Positions 1 through 12,365 of a stretch of DNA of 64,000 nt are shown here, piece by piece. The DNA is from an uncultured Methanosarcinaceae archaeon (lineage in GTDB: Archaea; Halobacteriota; Methanosarcinia; Methanosarcinales; Methanosarcinaceae). Every line of letters starts with the position of its first letter. Positions within the stretch are counted from its first letter, which is position 1. The stretch covers positions 68,841 through 132,840 of the forward strand of contig CAWHXP010000010.1 in NCBI GenBank assembly GCA_963833425.1, read 5' to 3'. The notes beneath the pieces were generated by a model. It was not told the origin of the DNA. It worked only from the letters and a program-made list of their open reading frames with translations, and made no database searches. The translations under genes and the position numbers were made by a program.

Positions 1-730
1 TTAATAATGTGATTATTGATTATTTCTAAAAAATATCAGACTCACGCACTTGAAAAAGCAAAACCAAATTCAATAGGCTTTATGGCCTTAACTTAGAAAC
101 TTGGATTTTTGATAGTTGAATGTTTAATGCGGTTGGTTTTTTAGTTCAATTTTGTAAGTCTTAGAATGCTTTTAGAATAACAGATTGTCGTGTGTTACAT
201 ATGTATCTTTTTATATTACTTTTTTGGACAAATTTTAATTTTATTATTAAGTAATGCTTTATTTTCATCTTATAGACATCCAATAGATGCTCTGTATTTG
301 GAATCAAAATTTGAATTATAATAATAATTGGATCCATGAAGAAGGATGAGAAGCTTTTACATATATGGGAATAAAGTAATTCTCGTATAGATAGAGTAGT
401 AATGCAAGATAAAAAGGAAAGTAGCTGAGAATACAGATTTAGGTTGATTGAAATTAATATAGTAGTCAAACTTTTTGATCTCTCGATTGTCATTTGAGTT
501 TTCCACACAAACATTGTAATTCAGACATGTTACAGTAGAATTACCTCAAAAGGTAGGAAGTACTATAATTTTACTGTAAATTCAAAGTAAAATTTTTGTT
601 TACTGCATGTACTTGAGTCTTCTGATGTGGAACTTTTGTTTAATAACTTATTGATATTTGTGATTTTACAGAAAATTAGACAATCTGCTATAAATTTGTC
701 TCGTTTATCCTTGTTTAGAGGCACTCATGA

Positions 731-819
731 AAGGATTTCAATAAATTCCAAAATCTTGTCATATGCTTATAAATAGTATATAAATGACTCGTGAAAATAC
801 GAGGTTTATCGAAATCCTC
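731..819. mobile_element. ~90-bp MITE family with GAGGATTTCGATAAACC-type terminal inverted repeats; other copies at ~1965-2053, 3106-3195, 21235-21320, 23765-23855, 35497-35590, 43584-43674
   Basis: Imperfect TIRs (e.g. AGACGATTTCGATAAACC...GGTTTATCGAAATCTTCT at 43584-43674); the 21235 copy is the reverse complement of the 731 copy; non-coding. Confidence 0.7.
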
Positions 820-1254
820 CTGAGTCTATGTTCTTCAGAACAGATTCTTCCGATCAAGTCTGTTGACTCCATGAAATATCTAAAGAACACTGGTAGTTTT
901 CAGAAAAAATGCCAAAAAAGATTTCATTGAGTAGCGAACCATAATTTTTAGTACCCTTCCCTTGCAGCTGAAATTCCCTACCTGCCTGCTTTTACAGGTG
1001 AAGAATATCCAGTGCTGCAAGATCAAGTACCAAATTTAGGAGGTTTTTTTATTTTTGTGTCTGTTCGTATAAACATATGTATGTAGGATAAACTTATATT
1101 TAATATTTTTTGTAATATTTGTTATATTTCATGTTATTATATTTTAAAATTATAACACATAATCTAAAGAAATACATAATTTAAGGGCAGATTGTGTAAA
1201 TCTTTGCTCCCAAAGATGGAAAAAAAAATCACGATTTCTTTAGTAGTTAGATGA

Positions 1255-1505
1255 AATCTCAGCTTCTTCTGTTCCCAGAATTATTAAAGAACTGGATGTA
1301 AAGGTCAAAAAATACCTTTCAAAACGAATAGAACAAGAAATCCCTTACTTGCTTATTGATGCTAATTACTATAAAGTAAAAGATGGGCTTCACTATGAAA
1401 CAAAATTCTCTTTGTAGTTACTGGAATAAGGATTGATGATTACCGTGAGATCCTTGGAGCAAAATTAACAGACCGTGAATATTGTTTGTTTTGGGAAGAT
1501 CTAAC
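1255..1505 (+). pseudogene. IS256 (Mutator)-family transposase remnant
   Basis: Manual translation gives PYLLIDANYYKVKDGLHYE / LFVVTGIRIDDYREILGAKLTDRE, matching the IS256 DDE region; frameshifted. Confidence 0.7.
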
Positions 1506-2255
1506 ATGATCAATAGCCCATAGTTATAGAAAATAATGCCACCGAAATTTGCTTAGTGGACCTTAATAAAGATGTTTATTGATATTATTTTCCCTGGCTG
1601 AAGAAGTTCATTTCTTTGTTAAAAGTAAATAATTAATGTAAAAATTATAACCTTTTCAGAGGTCTGAAATTACTCACTTTTCGGTAAAGGAAGGTGGGAA
1701 GTTTCAAGCTCAAGTACGGAAGGGGAAAATTATGGCGTTCTGTTCGGCATTGAATTTTTTCCAAAATCCTTTATTGCGTATCATCTATAAAATCCCAAAA
1801 TTCTTAGATTATTAAGTCCAATCTGTTTGGCCGGGTGACTGTTAACAATTAACATATATAAATTATTTTTTCGGTTATTGATAACACAAATTTTTACTTT
1901 AATATCATAAAATATAATTTAATTAAAGAAAAATATTAAATACGAGCTTGTCATACATCCATATGAGAATTTCGATAAACCTCCAATCTTAACAAAATGT
2001 GTATAAGCGCTTTAGAAACAACCATTCAAAAATTGAAATTTATCGAAATCCTCGAAAAGATCTTATTAATTAAAAAAAAACCAAATCGTACCTGAGATGT
2101 AATTGGTCATGTCTATGTGTTGTTGAAAATCGTAAACACAATATTCTATCGACATTTTCCCCAAAATGAGCGATAGACTCAGTTTGCAGATTTGACCAAT
2201 GATTCAAAGAAACGATCTAAAATTTTACTATTAAAATATATTTAGAAGGAGATTT

Positions 2256-2480
2256 TTGAACATGCATGCCGAAATGTGTGAAACACATCCAATAATGGAG
2301 ACTGTAATGGCTGAAATGTGGGAACTTCTGACTGTAGAAGAGAGAAAGAAAGTTGCAGTAATGAGAATGGATATGATAATACAATGGATGGAAGTAAAAA
2401 TCAATGATATGGAAAAGATGATTGAGCTGAAGAAGAAAGCTATATCAGACATTAGAAAGGTTCAGGAAATGCTAAAATAA
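2256..2480 (+). CDS. Small Met-rich coiled-coil hypothetical protein (likely start ATG 2262)
   Basis: AGGAG RBS upstream; helical heptad pattern. Confidence 0.65.
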   Translation: MNMHAEMCETHPIMETVMAEMWELLTVEERKKVAVMRMDMIIQWMEVKINDMEKMIELKKKAISDIRKVQEMLK

Positions 2481-3260
2481 AAGACTTAAATTAGACAGAA
2501 AAACAATCTCCGATTTTGTTGGTATCCAGATTTCTTACATGGATACCAACGTAATTAGAATAATCAGTTATATAACCATCTTTACCAAGCTTCAATGAAT
2601 AAAATTTGTCTGTTTTTTGTAACTGTCGGTTATTGGTCCTTTTCCATTTGCTCACCATTTAGTGATCAGAAAAATATAAAACTATAATAGATTACAATGC
2701 ACTGGTTTTTTTTGTAAATTTAATAGTTGCCCAAAATAATTTTTTTAAGAAATTTAGAAAAATGGACAGCTTTATTGTGTAATGTTCCAAGGGAGGAAGT
2801 GATGCAAGCTGTTAATTAATTTGTCATAGACAGTTGAAGGTTTAATGCTATCGATTTATCAATTCAACTGGTTCAGTTCTCTTCGAGTTATTTTTGGAAT
2901 ATACACCGATTCTTTTTCGTATGAAATTATTCTATTTGAGCACTTTCTAAGGTATATATTATCATAATTATCATTAAATATATTTTTAAAAAATCGAGTA
3001 ATAAATATGAAATTAAACAAATCACTGAATTTTAGAACTGACCTATAATTCAGTAAAACTATCATAATAATACTTAAAAGATTGGATATTATGGAAATGA
3101 ACTATAGAGGATTACAGATAAACTTCTGATTTTCAGAATCATTTATATACATTTCGAAATATCGGACGAAATTCGGATATTTATTGATACCTTCTATAAA
3201 ATATTCTTTGTATTAATCATCATAATTTTATTGCCGGCGAGTAATTTGCATCTTAGATAG

Positions 3261-5339
3261 TCATAGGTGTAACAATTGATTCTTCAGTTCAGACTCATAG
3301 GCCCGAATGAAATTACTAGCAGTGGGATTTCCCAAGCTGTCCTGTCTACCACGTTTATTTGTTTCATTTGCACGCTCAACATACAGAGAATCATTCTGAG
3401 ATGATATGTTAAGCATACTAGCGGGAATCATTACCTGATAATCAGAAACTTTTTGTAAATCTGTTGGAGCAACCTGAATTTGAGTGTAGGTTCCCATATT
3501 TTTCACGGCTATTTTTGGTGTGTGTCCTATTTTATACCCCCACACTTCATTGATTACTCTTTTAACTCCATGGCTTTCAGGGGCATCACCTTGTGATATC
3601 ATCCATTGTTTTGGAGTGTAGAGATATTGTGTGTTTTGGATCGTCATAAGAGGAGAACGCTGAATTGTGAAATTTCCAACCTTCCAGACACCATTTTCCT
3701 TAGTTGCTTGAGTGTAAAACACAGTCCAAACTCCGAGAGTATCTTTAGAAGGAATCCAAAGTTTTAATATGTTTCCATCATCGTTAAATATACCTGCACT
3801 ACGATATAATTGAACATCTTCATGTGTTGCAGATGATGAATCCTCGACTTTTAGAAGTGGTGAGCTTTGAACTGTAAAATTATCTGTGTAACTGTTTGCA
3901 GTTGCAATATGTAGATCATCGCTGAATTCTTCATTGCTTGTCAGTGTAAATAATGCATATATTGTTGATTTTCCTGGGTAATTCATCATATTCATATGCC
4001 AGGGGTGATATTGACTTGATAGACCCACAACTTGCTTATTACCAAAATGAATCCCATCTGTGGACGCGTATCTGTTTATTACATGCGGCTCAGGATCGAT
4101 ATCTACAATCCACATGTAATATGTTTTCGTAGCTTCATCATACAATACAGCCGGTGATACACCATGACCATTGACATTTATTTCTGGGGAAACAGTGATA
4201 CCATCATACGTTTTAACTTTAAGGCTTTCTATGGTTGCATTACCAATGGTATCCCCAGTTACATAGTAGCATATGAATTTTCCGGTATTAGGATTATATA
4301 CGAGATCAGGATCAGAACCATATGGATCAGAACCATATGGATCAGAACCATAAGGGTCAGAACCATAAGTATTTGAGTTATATTCGGATTCTATTTGCGT
4401 TCCAATAGGATTTCTTACTCCTGGTGGTACATGCCAAACTAGGCCATCATCAGAATAATACAAACATGCATTTTCATATGTATCGTTCGAATATGCATAT
4501 GGTGTAATAAGCATCCACCATTTATGACCAAATACGCCAGTCTCATTGAAATAGATAGACGGATGATTGAACTGGTTATACCCATATGGATCGGGGATAG
4601 ATAAAGGAAGACGATTTTGAGTTACATTTAGCATATACATGTTTGCATTACCAGAAGTATCATAACTGTATGCTACAGTATGTGAAATATTCTCTTCGAT
4701 GTAATCACTTAGCGTGATTCCAGGAGTTGGTATCTGAATATCCAAACTGTTTGAGTTTGCCCAAATTATTGCTATGTATATTCCTTGATTTTGGAATGAT
4801 CCCCCACCAGCTTTAAAGTTTGTATGCCACCAATCTGCTCCTCGAATCCCACCTACGAGTGCACCGGAACCAAAAGAAACATCCGAAAATGTACCTAAGT
4901 TATGTGTACCATCTGTTAGTGTTTCATTGATCGCCAATTCAATGTCGTTCGTGAATGGTTTATTCAGCACAACATTTGCAGAAGATGTGTTACCAGAGCC
5001 TGACAACACTAGATGCCCATTCTGTACGTCTATTGTTGAGTTATTGCTTCCTTCTTTGTAAGCTGTCCACTTTGAGGTATTTAAACTGCCTGAGCTAAAG
5101 TTATCGTATGCCCACATGACTAAATCTCCATTGGGAGAATAGCCAGGGGTATTGTACACATTGAAGTTTTGTGTGATGCCATTTATGTTGACGTTGAGCC
5201 ACAAATTATGTTGTGGATCAATATAATATGGCAGTGAAGAAGATTCCAAAGTCGAAGATACCGCAAGCGCAATTGCGGGCAATAAAGTCATGCTGATTAA
5301 TAAAAAGAAGATTTTAGATTTCATTTCCATAACATCCAA
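3261..5339 (-). CDS. Secreted protein with a probable five-bladed beta-propeller glycoside-hydrolase-like domain
   Basis: N-terminal signal peptide; HPSIYF, YSDDGLVW (Asp-box) and SDPDLVY motifs; 692 aa. Confidence 0.65.
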   Translation of the reverse strand: MDVMEMKSKIFFLLISMTLLPAIALAVSSTLESSSLPYYIDPQHNLWLNVNINGITQNFNVYNTPGYSPNGDLVMWAYDNFSSGSLNTSKWTAYKEGSNNSTIDVQNGHLVLSGSGNTSSANVVLNKPFTNDIELAINETLTDGTHNLGTFSDVSFGSGALVGGIRGADWWHTNFKAGGGSFQNQGIYIAIIWANSNSLDIQIPTPGITLSDYIEENISHTVAYSYDTSGNANMYMLNVTQNRLPLSIPDPYGYNQFNHPSIYFNETGVFGHKWWMLITPYAYSNDTYENACLYYSDDGLVWHVPPGVRNPIGTQIESEYNSNTYGSDPYGSDPYGSDPYGSDPDLVYNPNTGKFICYYVTGDTIGNATIESLKVKTYDGITVSPEINVNGHGVSPAVLYDEATKTYYMWIVDIDPEPHVINRYASTDGIHFGNKQVVGLSSQYHPWHMNMMNYPGKSTIYALFTLTSNEEFSDDLHIATANSYTDNFTVQSSPLLKVEDSSSATHEDVQLYRSAGIFNDDGNILKLWIPSKDTLGVWTVFYTQATKENGVWKVGNFTIQRSPLMTIQNTQYLYTPKQWMISQGDAPESHGVKRVINEVWGYKIGHTPKIAVKNMGTYTQIQVAPTDLQKVSDYQVMIPASMLNISSQNDSLYVERANETNKRGRQDSLGNPTASNFIRAYESELKNQLLHL
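4309..4368. repeat. 15-bp tandem repeat x4 encoding (YGSDP)4 on the minus strand
   Basis: GGATCAGAACCATAT unit read directly. Confidence 0.9.
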
Positions 5340-5540
5340 TCTTTTAAGTATTATTCAGATAATTTTAGTGAATTATAGGCTCAATTACAAAATTCAGTGA
5401 TTTTTTTAATTTCATATCTAGCATTGGATTCTGAAAGCCAGCCGAATAATATATATCTTAATATATATTTTCTAATGAGCGTTAAATAGTACCAAGTATA
5501 TCTAAAAAAATAAAATCTGTGTTTCAGAATGACTGGACTA

Positions 5541-5788
5541 AGACTTACGCAGTCTAACTGAAAAATCAATACCATCAATTCATTGATGATACAAAATCTA
5601 AATTTGAGCCACAACGTCTTTTGTATTGAGTTATATTCTTTAGCTGAATAACTATTGCAGGATCATCAATTGTAGGACTGACGTACTCAAAGAACAAAAT
5701 CAGATTCAATTGGCTGTAGATTTAAATATGAATTTAAGCTAGTTGAAAATCTAATTTTATTGATTTTTCAATTCGCCTGCGTAAGTCT
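5541..5788. mobile_element. MITE with AGACTTACGCAG...AAAAATCAAT 30-bp TIRs; solo related ends at ~16515-16545, ~35620-35638, ~38400-38425
   Basis: Imperfect 30-bp inverted repeats, non-coding interior. Confidence 0.7.
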
Positions 5789-6299
5789 TTGAATGATTTT
5801 ATAATATCAAATTGATAAGTAGTACATATGTATCATTTTATATTACTTTATTGGATAAATTTTAATTTTAGTATTAAGTACTCCATTTTACAGAGGTACA
5901 GAAACGCTTTATATTTTAGAGTCAAATTGTAAATTATAACGATAAGTGTGTTCATGAAGAAAAAAACATGCTTTTACACAGATCCCGGAAATAAATATCT
6001 ATAATGACAAAATTACACCGAAAATGTCAAAGATAGCAAGGTAGATTCTAAAGCATCTTGATACATATTTGGAACTATTCAAACCATGAATCAAGCTGAT
6101 TTCCTTAAGAAAAAAACATTAAAATTGCCTATTTCGCAATTAAAGTTGCTGCACCAATCTCTTCAATACTAGGAACAGATACTAAAATTTCATATAACTT
6201 TTATTTTTTCTCTAAGCATAATTAAAAATTTTTCCCCCTAAAGTTTCGATTTCACAATTAAGATATTTTATAAGATTTAGACAGAAAATATTGTCGTTG

Positions 6300-7337
6300 T
6301 CATAGTACTAGTTTCCACTTGTGCATTTTTTTGTTTTGGGTGATTGCAACTCCACAAGGTCTGTTTTCTATACGCACCGTGGATTTAACAGTATTAGTAC
6401 CCGTATCAATTACAGAAACATCGCTACTCCCCAAGTTCGTCACATATAACTGTTTTTCATTTGAATCCACTGCAACTCCAAGAGGATAAGTTCCTATCTT
6501 CACCGTGGATGTAACTTTGTTTGTAGCAGTGTCAATTACAGAAACATTTTGGCTAAAGAAGTTAGTAACAAATACCTTCGTTCCATCTGGATCAACTGCA
6601 ATTCCCTCAGGGCCATTCCCTACCTCAATAGTGGATATAACTTCGTTTGTTTTTGCATCAATTACAGAAACAGTTCCTGGAATGTTGTGGCTGCCTGAAT
6701 TCGTGACGTATACTGTACCCCCATCCGGAGTGACTACAACTCCCGAGGGTTTTTGTCCTACATTTACAGTAGCTGTAATTTTATTTGTGCCTGTGTCAAT
6801 TATAGATACATTGTTGCTACCATAGTTTACCACATATACCTTTGTTCCTGCTGGGTTGACTGAAACTCCACGAGGCCCTACTCCTACATTCACAGTAGCT
6901 GTAACCTTGTTTGTGTTTGCATCGATCACAGATACATTTTTGTCGCCGGTGTTCGTTACATATACCTTTTCTCCATCAGGAGTGACTGCAATTCCTCTAG
7001 GATGGGATCCTACAGGCACATTGGCTATAATGGTGTTTGTAAATGTGTTAATTACAGAGATGACGTTGTCGAGGGGATTTGTAAAATATACCTTTGTTCC
7101 GCCAGGGTTGATTGCAACTTCAAGAGCAAAATGAGTAGTTTCTAAATTTACATTGGCTGTAATTTTGTTTGTAGCAGTGTCAATTACAGAGATATTGTTG
7201 CTGCCAGCGTTCGTAATATATGCAAATGGGACCGCGCCTGAGATACTCATCACCATTGAAAACACCATTACTGATATCCCTAAAATCTTTATGAATGTAT
7301 TTCCTTTGTGTATTTTATTCCATTTCATTTTATTCAT
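6300..7337 (-). CDS. YVTN-repeat beta-propeller surface protein
   Basis: Signal peptide plus seven YVTN..VSVIDT repeats. Confidence 0.92.
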   Translation of the reverse strand: MNKMKWNKIHKGNTFIKILGISVMVFSMVMSISGAVPFAYITNAGSNNISVIDTATNKITANVNLETTHFALEVAINPGGTKVYFTNPLDNVISVINTFTNTIIANVPVGSHPRGIAVTPDGEKVYVTNTGDKNVSVIDANTNKVTATVNVGVGPRGVSVNPAGTKVYVVNYGSNNVSIIDTGTNKITATVNVGQKPSGVVVTPDGGTVYVTNSGSHNIPGTVSVIDAKTNEVISTIEVGNGPEGIAVDPDGTKVFVTNFFSQNVSVIDTATNKVTSTVKIGTYPLGVAVDSNEKQLYVTNLGSSDVSVIDTGTNTVKSTVRIENRPCGVAITQNKKMHKWKLVL

Positions 7338-8649
7338 TTTTAAACCTCAGGACATGAATTTCTATTGAGTAAGATGAAAAAACTAACATTAAAAGATGTG
7401 TCATTGTGTACTTACAGCTGAAATTCCCTGTCAGCTTGTTTTAACAAATGAGGAATATGATAGTGCTGAAAGGTCAAGTAATGAATTGAGGATGTTTTTT
7501 GTTCCTGTGTTTGTTCGCATAGAACATATATATGGTAAAATTATATTTTATATTTTTTGTAACATTTATCATATTTAATATTACTATTTTTAAAACTTAT
7601 GATATATATCGAAAATAAATACAACATTTAAGTATAGATGTCATCAATTTTGAAAAGTAGTTTATGAAAAATTATAGGCATAATGGATTTTTATATCTTT
7701 GATGTCGCCATTTTTAACTGGATAATTATTTACAACCCACATAAAACAACGGAGAATCCGATTTTCTTAGTTGATAGGTGGAAGGAAATCTTGATAAATC
7801 CACTAGCTTCACAAATCATTTATGTACCATTTTAGAATCCTATGACGGAATGTAGGAGTTTATTGGAATCCTTTTAAATATTTTTTGAGATTTTTCTGAT
7901 TTGTACAAATGGTTTTCAGAATGAGTAGATTTGGAAATACTGATAATATAAGTGGATTTGTATATCATATTGCGCATATGGCTCTTAAGTCTGAGAATCA
8001 ACTCAAGGAGTTCTAAATACGCTTATATGTTTCATTTCATCAAGTTCAGTCCCTTCAGGTGCACTACAAAAGATATCCACACCAGGGATTCCTGAAGGGG
8101 CTCCTATGGCTGTATTAACTTTGCTTCTGCTCCTTTTGCTCAGAGATTTCCTTCCATTGTCAAAACAGTGTTGAAATATTACAAAAGTCTCTTTGTATAT
8201 GGGAATTATTCCACTGTTATTTATCTTTGTTGCTAGCATTGTTTTAAAGCTCGTCGAGCTACTTTAATGGCCATAATATTTTATATTTTTTAAGGACATT
8301 TTCCAAGTGTCTGAATTTTATTATATCTCGTTTATTGATTATTCTATTTATTTGGTTGATGTTATTCCATAATACTCTTAATGCTGTTTTTAAGTCTGTT
8401 TTGTTTCGCATTTCAGTTATATGGGAGCAGACTTGTCTCAATGAATGAAAATGTAAGTTTTCATTGCATGAAGATTAATACTTCATAGCATACTCGATAG
8501 GGATTATGAGCTGATCAGAAGGTTTAAAACAAAAACTGCATCACTTCATGATTCGTATGTAGATTTATCAGAAAAAATGAGGTGTTTGACAGCAACAAGG
8601 TCTCTGTAATTGACACTGCTAAAAACAACGTTACATCCACGGTAAATTT

Positions 8650-8910
8650 GTAAAGGGATCGAGGATGCTTTTGAGCAAAATCAAAAGGTTATAATTCAAC
8701 AATAAAAAGAGAAGTAAAAGAACATCCTGAAAAGAAGGGTTATATTAAGAAAAAGAGGATCGGCTCCAAGAAAGTACTAGGTGAGCGAGTTTATGCAGTG
8801 AGTAAAAAAATATTCAAAGCAGGAAAGGTTCTTGTAACTACTATCCAAAGAGCGAATCTGAAGATGTTATGTAAAATTTTTTGTTATAATTTCCATCAAT
8901 TAATGACAAA
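8650..8910 (+). pseudogene. IS5-family transposase C-terminal remnant, preceded by a single YVTN-repeat remnant at ~8588-8648
   Basis: GERVYAVSKKIFKAGKVLVTTIQRANLKML..FCYNFHQL resembles archaeal IS5 C-termini; DSNKVSVIDTAKNNVTSTVN upstream. Confidence 0.65.
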
Positions 8911-9190
8911 AATTACAGAAATTCGCGGAAATGATTTAAACAGGATTCTCACGAAGAAAAAAAACAAAGGTAAATCTGAATCCTCCGAGGACTAAAATTT
9001 CTGATTTCGGTTAGAGCTTTAAAAATAGAGGGTGTGCAGATAAAATAAAAAAATAAATTTACTTTCAATACTATAAAACATGGAAAAATGTTCTGACAAC
9101 TTTAACAGCTCCCAATTTCTTTAGTCATAGTTTTGATATTTTTCCGTGTTTCTGATTTTTAAAGTCTTTCAAGGAAATTCTTTTACTGTA

Positions 9191-10177
9191 TCACACTCTC
9201 AGAGCCTGATTACTATCAATCCTGTTATACAACGCTTCCAAATTTTTCTGAAGCCTGTCAATTCCCTGTTTCCAGAGCATTTTATTGGATTTCAGAGATT
9301 CGCTCAGCTTCAAAGCTACGAGCTTTGCATAGTTTTGGGAAACTTTTTGATTGTTCCAGGAAAAGCCGAAAGCCATATCTGTTTTTTTGATACTGTATTT
9401 TTCGTGGATCAGGAATTCATAAAGTTCAGGAACACAATCTAGCTTTTTTTCGAAATTTACGGAAAAGTTTGTGGTAAGGTAAGCCAGATTTCGGAGACTA
9501 GACTGGACACCACAGCTTTCAGGACACAGTTTCTCCGAGTTTGCGAACTTGAGCATCTCTTTGAATTCAAGAAAAATATCAGTTTGCTCGAAACTGGATG
9601 GTAGAGTTTTTCCGAAGAAAATTAAGATATGGATGCATTCGTGAAAGAGAATTTTTGCAATCAGGAACTCGATTCTCTCCTGAAGGTTCCAGAACATTTC
9701 GACCAGTTCTTTTCCCCATAATTCATAGGGATTTATCAGGATAAGGGACCTGTAGATTATTTTGTTATTTTTTCTGGAAACGATCTTCTGTGGTTCGAAG
9801 GCCAAACCCGGCATATTACCAAAAAATTGTGCTTGAATAGCTAGATCCCAGAAGTATTCCCATTTTCTGGAACTTACACATTTTACTCTATAATATTTCC
9901 CATCAAAGTGAACTTTTTTTATTAACTGGTATATATCATCATTTTGTTCTTTAATAAGAATTTTTATCATGGCCTCTCGATAAATGTTTAGGTCAAGAAA
10001 GAAAAACCCTGGATAAGAAACTGAGCAGTTTAGACCAGGATAAGAAACAGGAAAGAAGAATTTAGTAATAGGGGAAGTTCCCAATGATGCTGGTAACGAC
10101 TTACCATGTTCCACATGTACCTGCAAACTGTTATTTTGCTCCAGCAAAGCCTTTTTTGTTCTAATTTCTTGCAACAA
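9191..10177 (-). CDS. Hypothetical protein with HEXXH motif (true start probably ATG ~9970)
   Basis: Long ORF; LFHECIHILI. Confidence 0.55.
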   Translation of the reverse strand: MLQEIRTKKALLEQNNSLQVHVEHGKSLPASLGTSPITKFFFPVSYPGLNCSVSYPGFFFLDLNIYREAMIKILIKEQNDDIYQLIKKVHFDGKYYRVKCVSSRKWEYFWDLAIQAQFFGNMPGLAFEPQKIVSRKNNKIIYRSLILINPYELWGKELVEMFWNLQERIEFLIAKILFHECIHILIFFGKTLPSSFEQTDIFLEFKEMLKFANSEKLCPESCGVQSSLRNLAYLTTNFSVNFEKKLDCVPELYEFLIHEKYSIKKTDMAFGFSWNNQKVSQNYAKLVALKLSESLKSNKMLWKQGIDRLQKNLEALYNRIDSNQALRV

Positions 10178-11033
10178 GAACCCATCCTTTGCAATTCATC
10201 TTATTTTCTTATATTATGGAGGTTAGTATTACTAAATTTTATTTTTGTATTGAATTATGATAAAATATTTTACAATATTTATACTTATTCATAAAAATAT
10301 AAAAATTAGTATTAACAGCTTCGATGATAAAAAGGAACTGAAATTTTTTGAAAAAAATAGAAAATAAATGCAAATAATTAGTGTGAGAACTAGAATCTAA
10401 TCCATTTGTTCAACTAAAATCACAAAAATTTTTCGGCGGCTTCCTTCAATTACGTTTTTTCCAGAGATATTTCCCAATACTTTTTTGCAGTTATTGTTAC
10501 ATATTCTATTCTCTTTAATCATACAAACTGCTATAACTTTTTTACAGTACTCTGAACTCAAAACAAAAATCTAGTAAGTTAATTCCAAAGCCGACTTTTC
10601 AAAGGCGTTCTTGAAATATTTGTTTTTTCAGAATATCAATCAGTTACCTTTTTGAATACATTAAAGCTATATTTTGGTATTATTTATATAAAATTATTTA
10701 TCAGTTTTGTGTGTAATAAATATCAAATAGGAAATAATTTATCTTAAAAAAACTAACATTAATATGAATCAAAAGCTAAGAAAACAATGTTTAGCAAGGA
10801 AAGGAACAAAATATGCCTAAGGAAGTTGCGAAAACAAAAATCTTTGGCTTAAAAAATACGCGTATACAAAGTTTGAAAATAAAAGATATAACGCCAAAAC
10901 CATTCATCATAAAAAACCTTGCGCGAAAGGAAGTTACCTTCTATAGAATCAAATCATAACAATAAATAAAAATTGATTCTAAATTTACATCAAATTTGCA
11001 ATACTACCAAAAAAGGCTCTAAAACTCTAACCT

Positions 11034-11930
11034 TTGGAAAATAGTGAGCTTACCCACCCAAAAGAAAAACCTGGATACAAAAACATTCTGAAAACCAAAC
11101 TAAGAAAGCAGGAAAAAGTTTTGCAAGGAAAGGAGCCGGTAATACCTCTCTTTTTAAGATTTCTTGGAGGAATTTGCATAGACTGCAAGAAAGTTATTGC
11201 CAACTACTGGAATATAAGGTCTTCAACATACACAAACGGAGTAAATGGTTTTGATGAAGAAGAACGCCATGTTTGGAAACAAACCTTTGAAAATTCTCTG
11301 CCTGCCAATGAGCATTTGAAAATACTGGACGTTGGGACAGGCGCTGGTTTTCTAGCCCTTCTTTTTGCTGAGATGGGACATGAGGTAACAGGTATAGATC
11401 TTTCTGCAGGCATGCTCGAGAAAGCAAAGGATAATGCAGAGAATATGGAACTTAAAATTGATTTTTTTCATGGTGACGCTGAAAATCTTTCATTTGAGGA
11501 TAATTCCTTCGACTTGGTTGTAAGCAAATTCTTGCTCTGGACTCTCCCAAAACCTTCTTGTGCGGTTAGGGAATGGAAGAGAGTCCTGAAACCGAACGGC
11601 AGGGTTTTTGCCATAGATGGAGATTGGTTTGATCCCAGACCAAATAGACGGATAAAAAGAAAGATTTCCGAGTGGATAGGAAGAATTGTGAAAAAGAACC
11701 ATAATTCTTTGGTTTTCAAAAATTATTATGGATCAATCCGAGATTTTTTGCCTCTCTATGAGAAAATAAGTCCGGAAAATGGTTCATTTCTTTTTTCGCA
11801 AAACGGACTTGTAAACACTGCAGTCAATCCTCTTCTGGAGGTACAAAAATTTAAAAAAAATAGGCAATCATTCACGCAGAGGTTTATTGGGAATAATTCT
11901 ATTTTTCTGATATCTGGAGAAAAAAGGTAA
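11034..11930 (+). CDS. Class I SAM-dependent methyltransferase (UbiE-like); the probable native start at 11178 reads ATA
   Basis: ILDVGTGAG motif I, GIDLS, GDAENL, FDLVVS, RVLKPNG; GGAGG RBS just before ATA-GAC-TGC. Confidence 0.88.
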   Translation: MENSELTHPKEKPGYKNILKTKLRKQEKVLQGKEPVIPLFLRFLGGICIDCKKVIANYWNIRSSTYTNGVNGFDEEERHVWKQTFENSLPANEHLKILDVGTGAGFLALLFAEMGHEVTGIDLSAGMLEKAKDNAENMELKIDFFHGDAENLSFEDNSFDLVVSKFLLWTLPKPSCAVREWKRVLKPNGRVFAIDGDWFDPRPNRRIKRKISEWIGRIVKKNHNSLVFKNYYGSIRDFLPLYEKISPENGSFLFSQNGLVNTAVNPLLEVQKFKKNRQSFTQRFIGNNSIFLISGEKR

Positions 11931-12204
11931 AAAAACTATTTAGTACCTATATTTTTTTGGGTTGGATCCTCCCTGAAAATGCCGCAACATACCTTAATTC
12001 ACGCTTTTAACAAATGTCTTTTTCCCATTTTCATACCATTCTGAAAGTTATTGCTAATCCTTCTTACGTTTGTTATCATATTTTTGATTTGTCAGATACT
12101 AATATTATATTTATACATACTTTTCTATAAAACTCACAAACTTTAAATACGGGTTCCCTACAAAAAAGAATTATTAAAACTAGGCTATTATGAATTCAAG
12201 ATTT

Positions 12205-12328
12205 TGCAGATGTACACAAATGTATAATTTGTTTGCCTAGTTGGCCACTATCATTCGTTAAAAGTTAGATTAAATTTTAAACTACCGCCATATTGAGAAA
12301 AGGGATAGCATTTTTGTGTACATCTGCA
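12205..12328. mobile_element. 124-bp MITE-like element with perfect 16-bp TIR TGCAGATGTACACAAA; diverged inverted copy at 17205-17333
   Basis: TIRs read directly; interiors align (aatctaacttttaa, aacaaattatacat). Confidence 0.7.
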
Positions 12329-12365
12329 GGAAATGAATATAATATAATATATATTATATTTAACT

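Noticed and set aside
161..514. ORFs 161-514, 5381-5614, 7396-7578, 16998-17285, 36601-36804, 40250-40519
   Set aside because: Low-complexity AT-rich ORFs, mostly inside non-coding repeats, and not conserved as ORFs between repeat copies
6505..7368. Antisense ORFs over the YVTN gene (likewise 60707-61585, 22107-22667, 23888-24364, 39436-39765)
   Set aside because: Reverse-strand shadows of well-supported genes
8003..8441. Two short minus-strand ORFs that may be one broken gene
   Set aside because: No recognisable motif; cannot support a call
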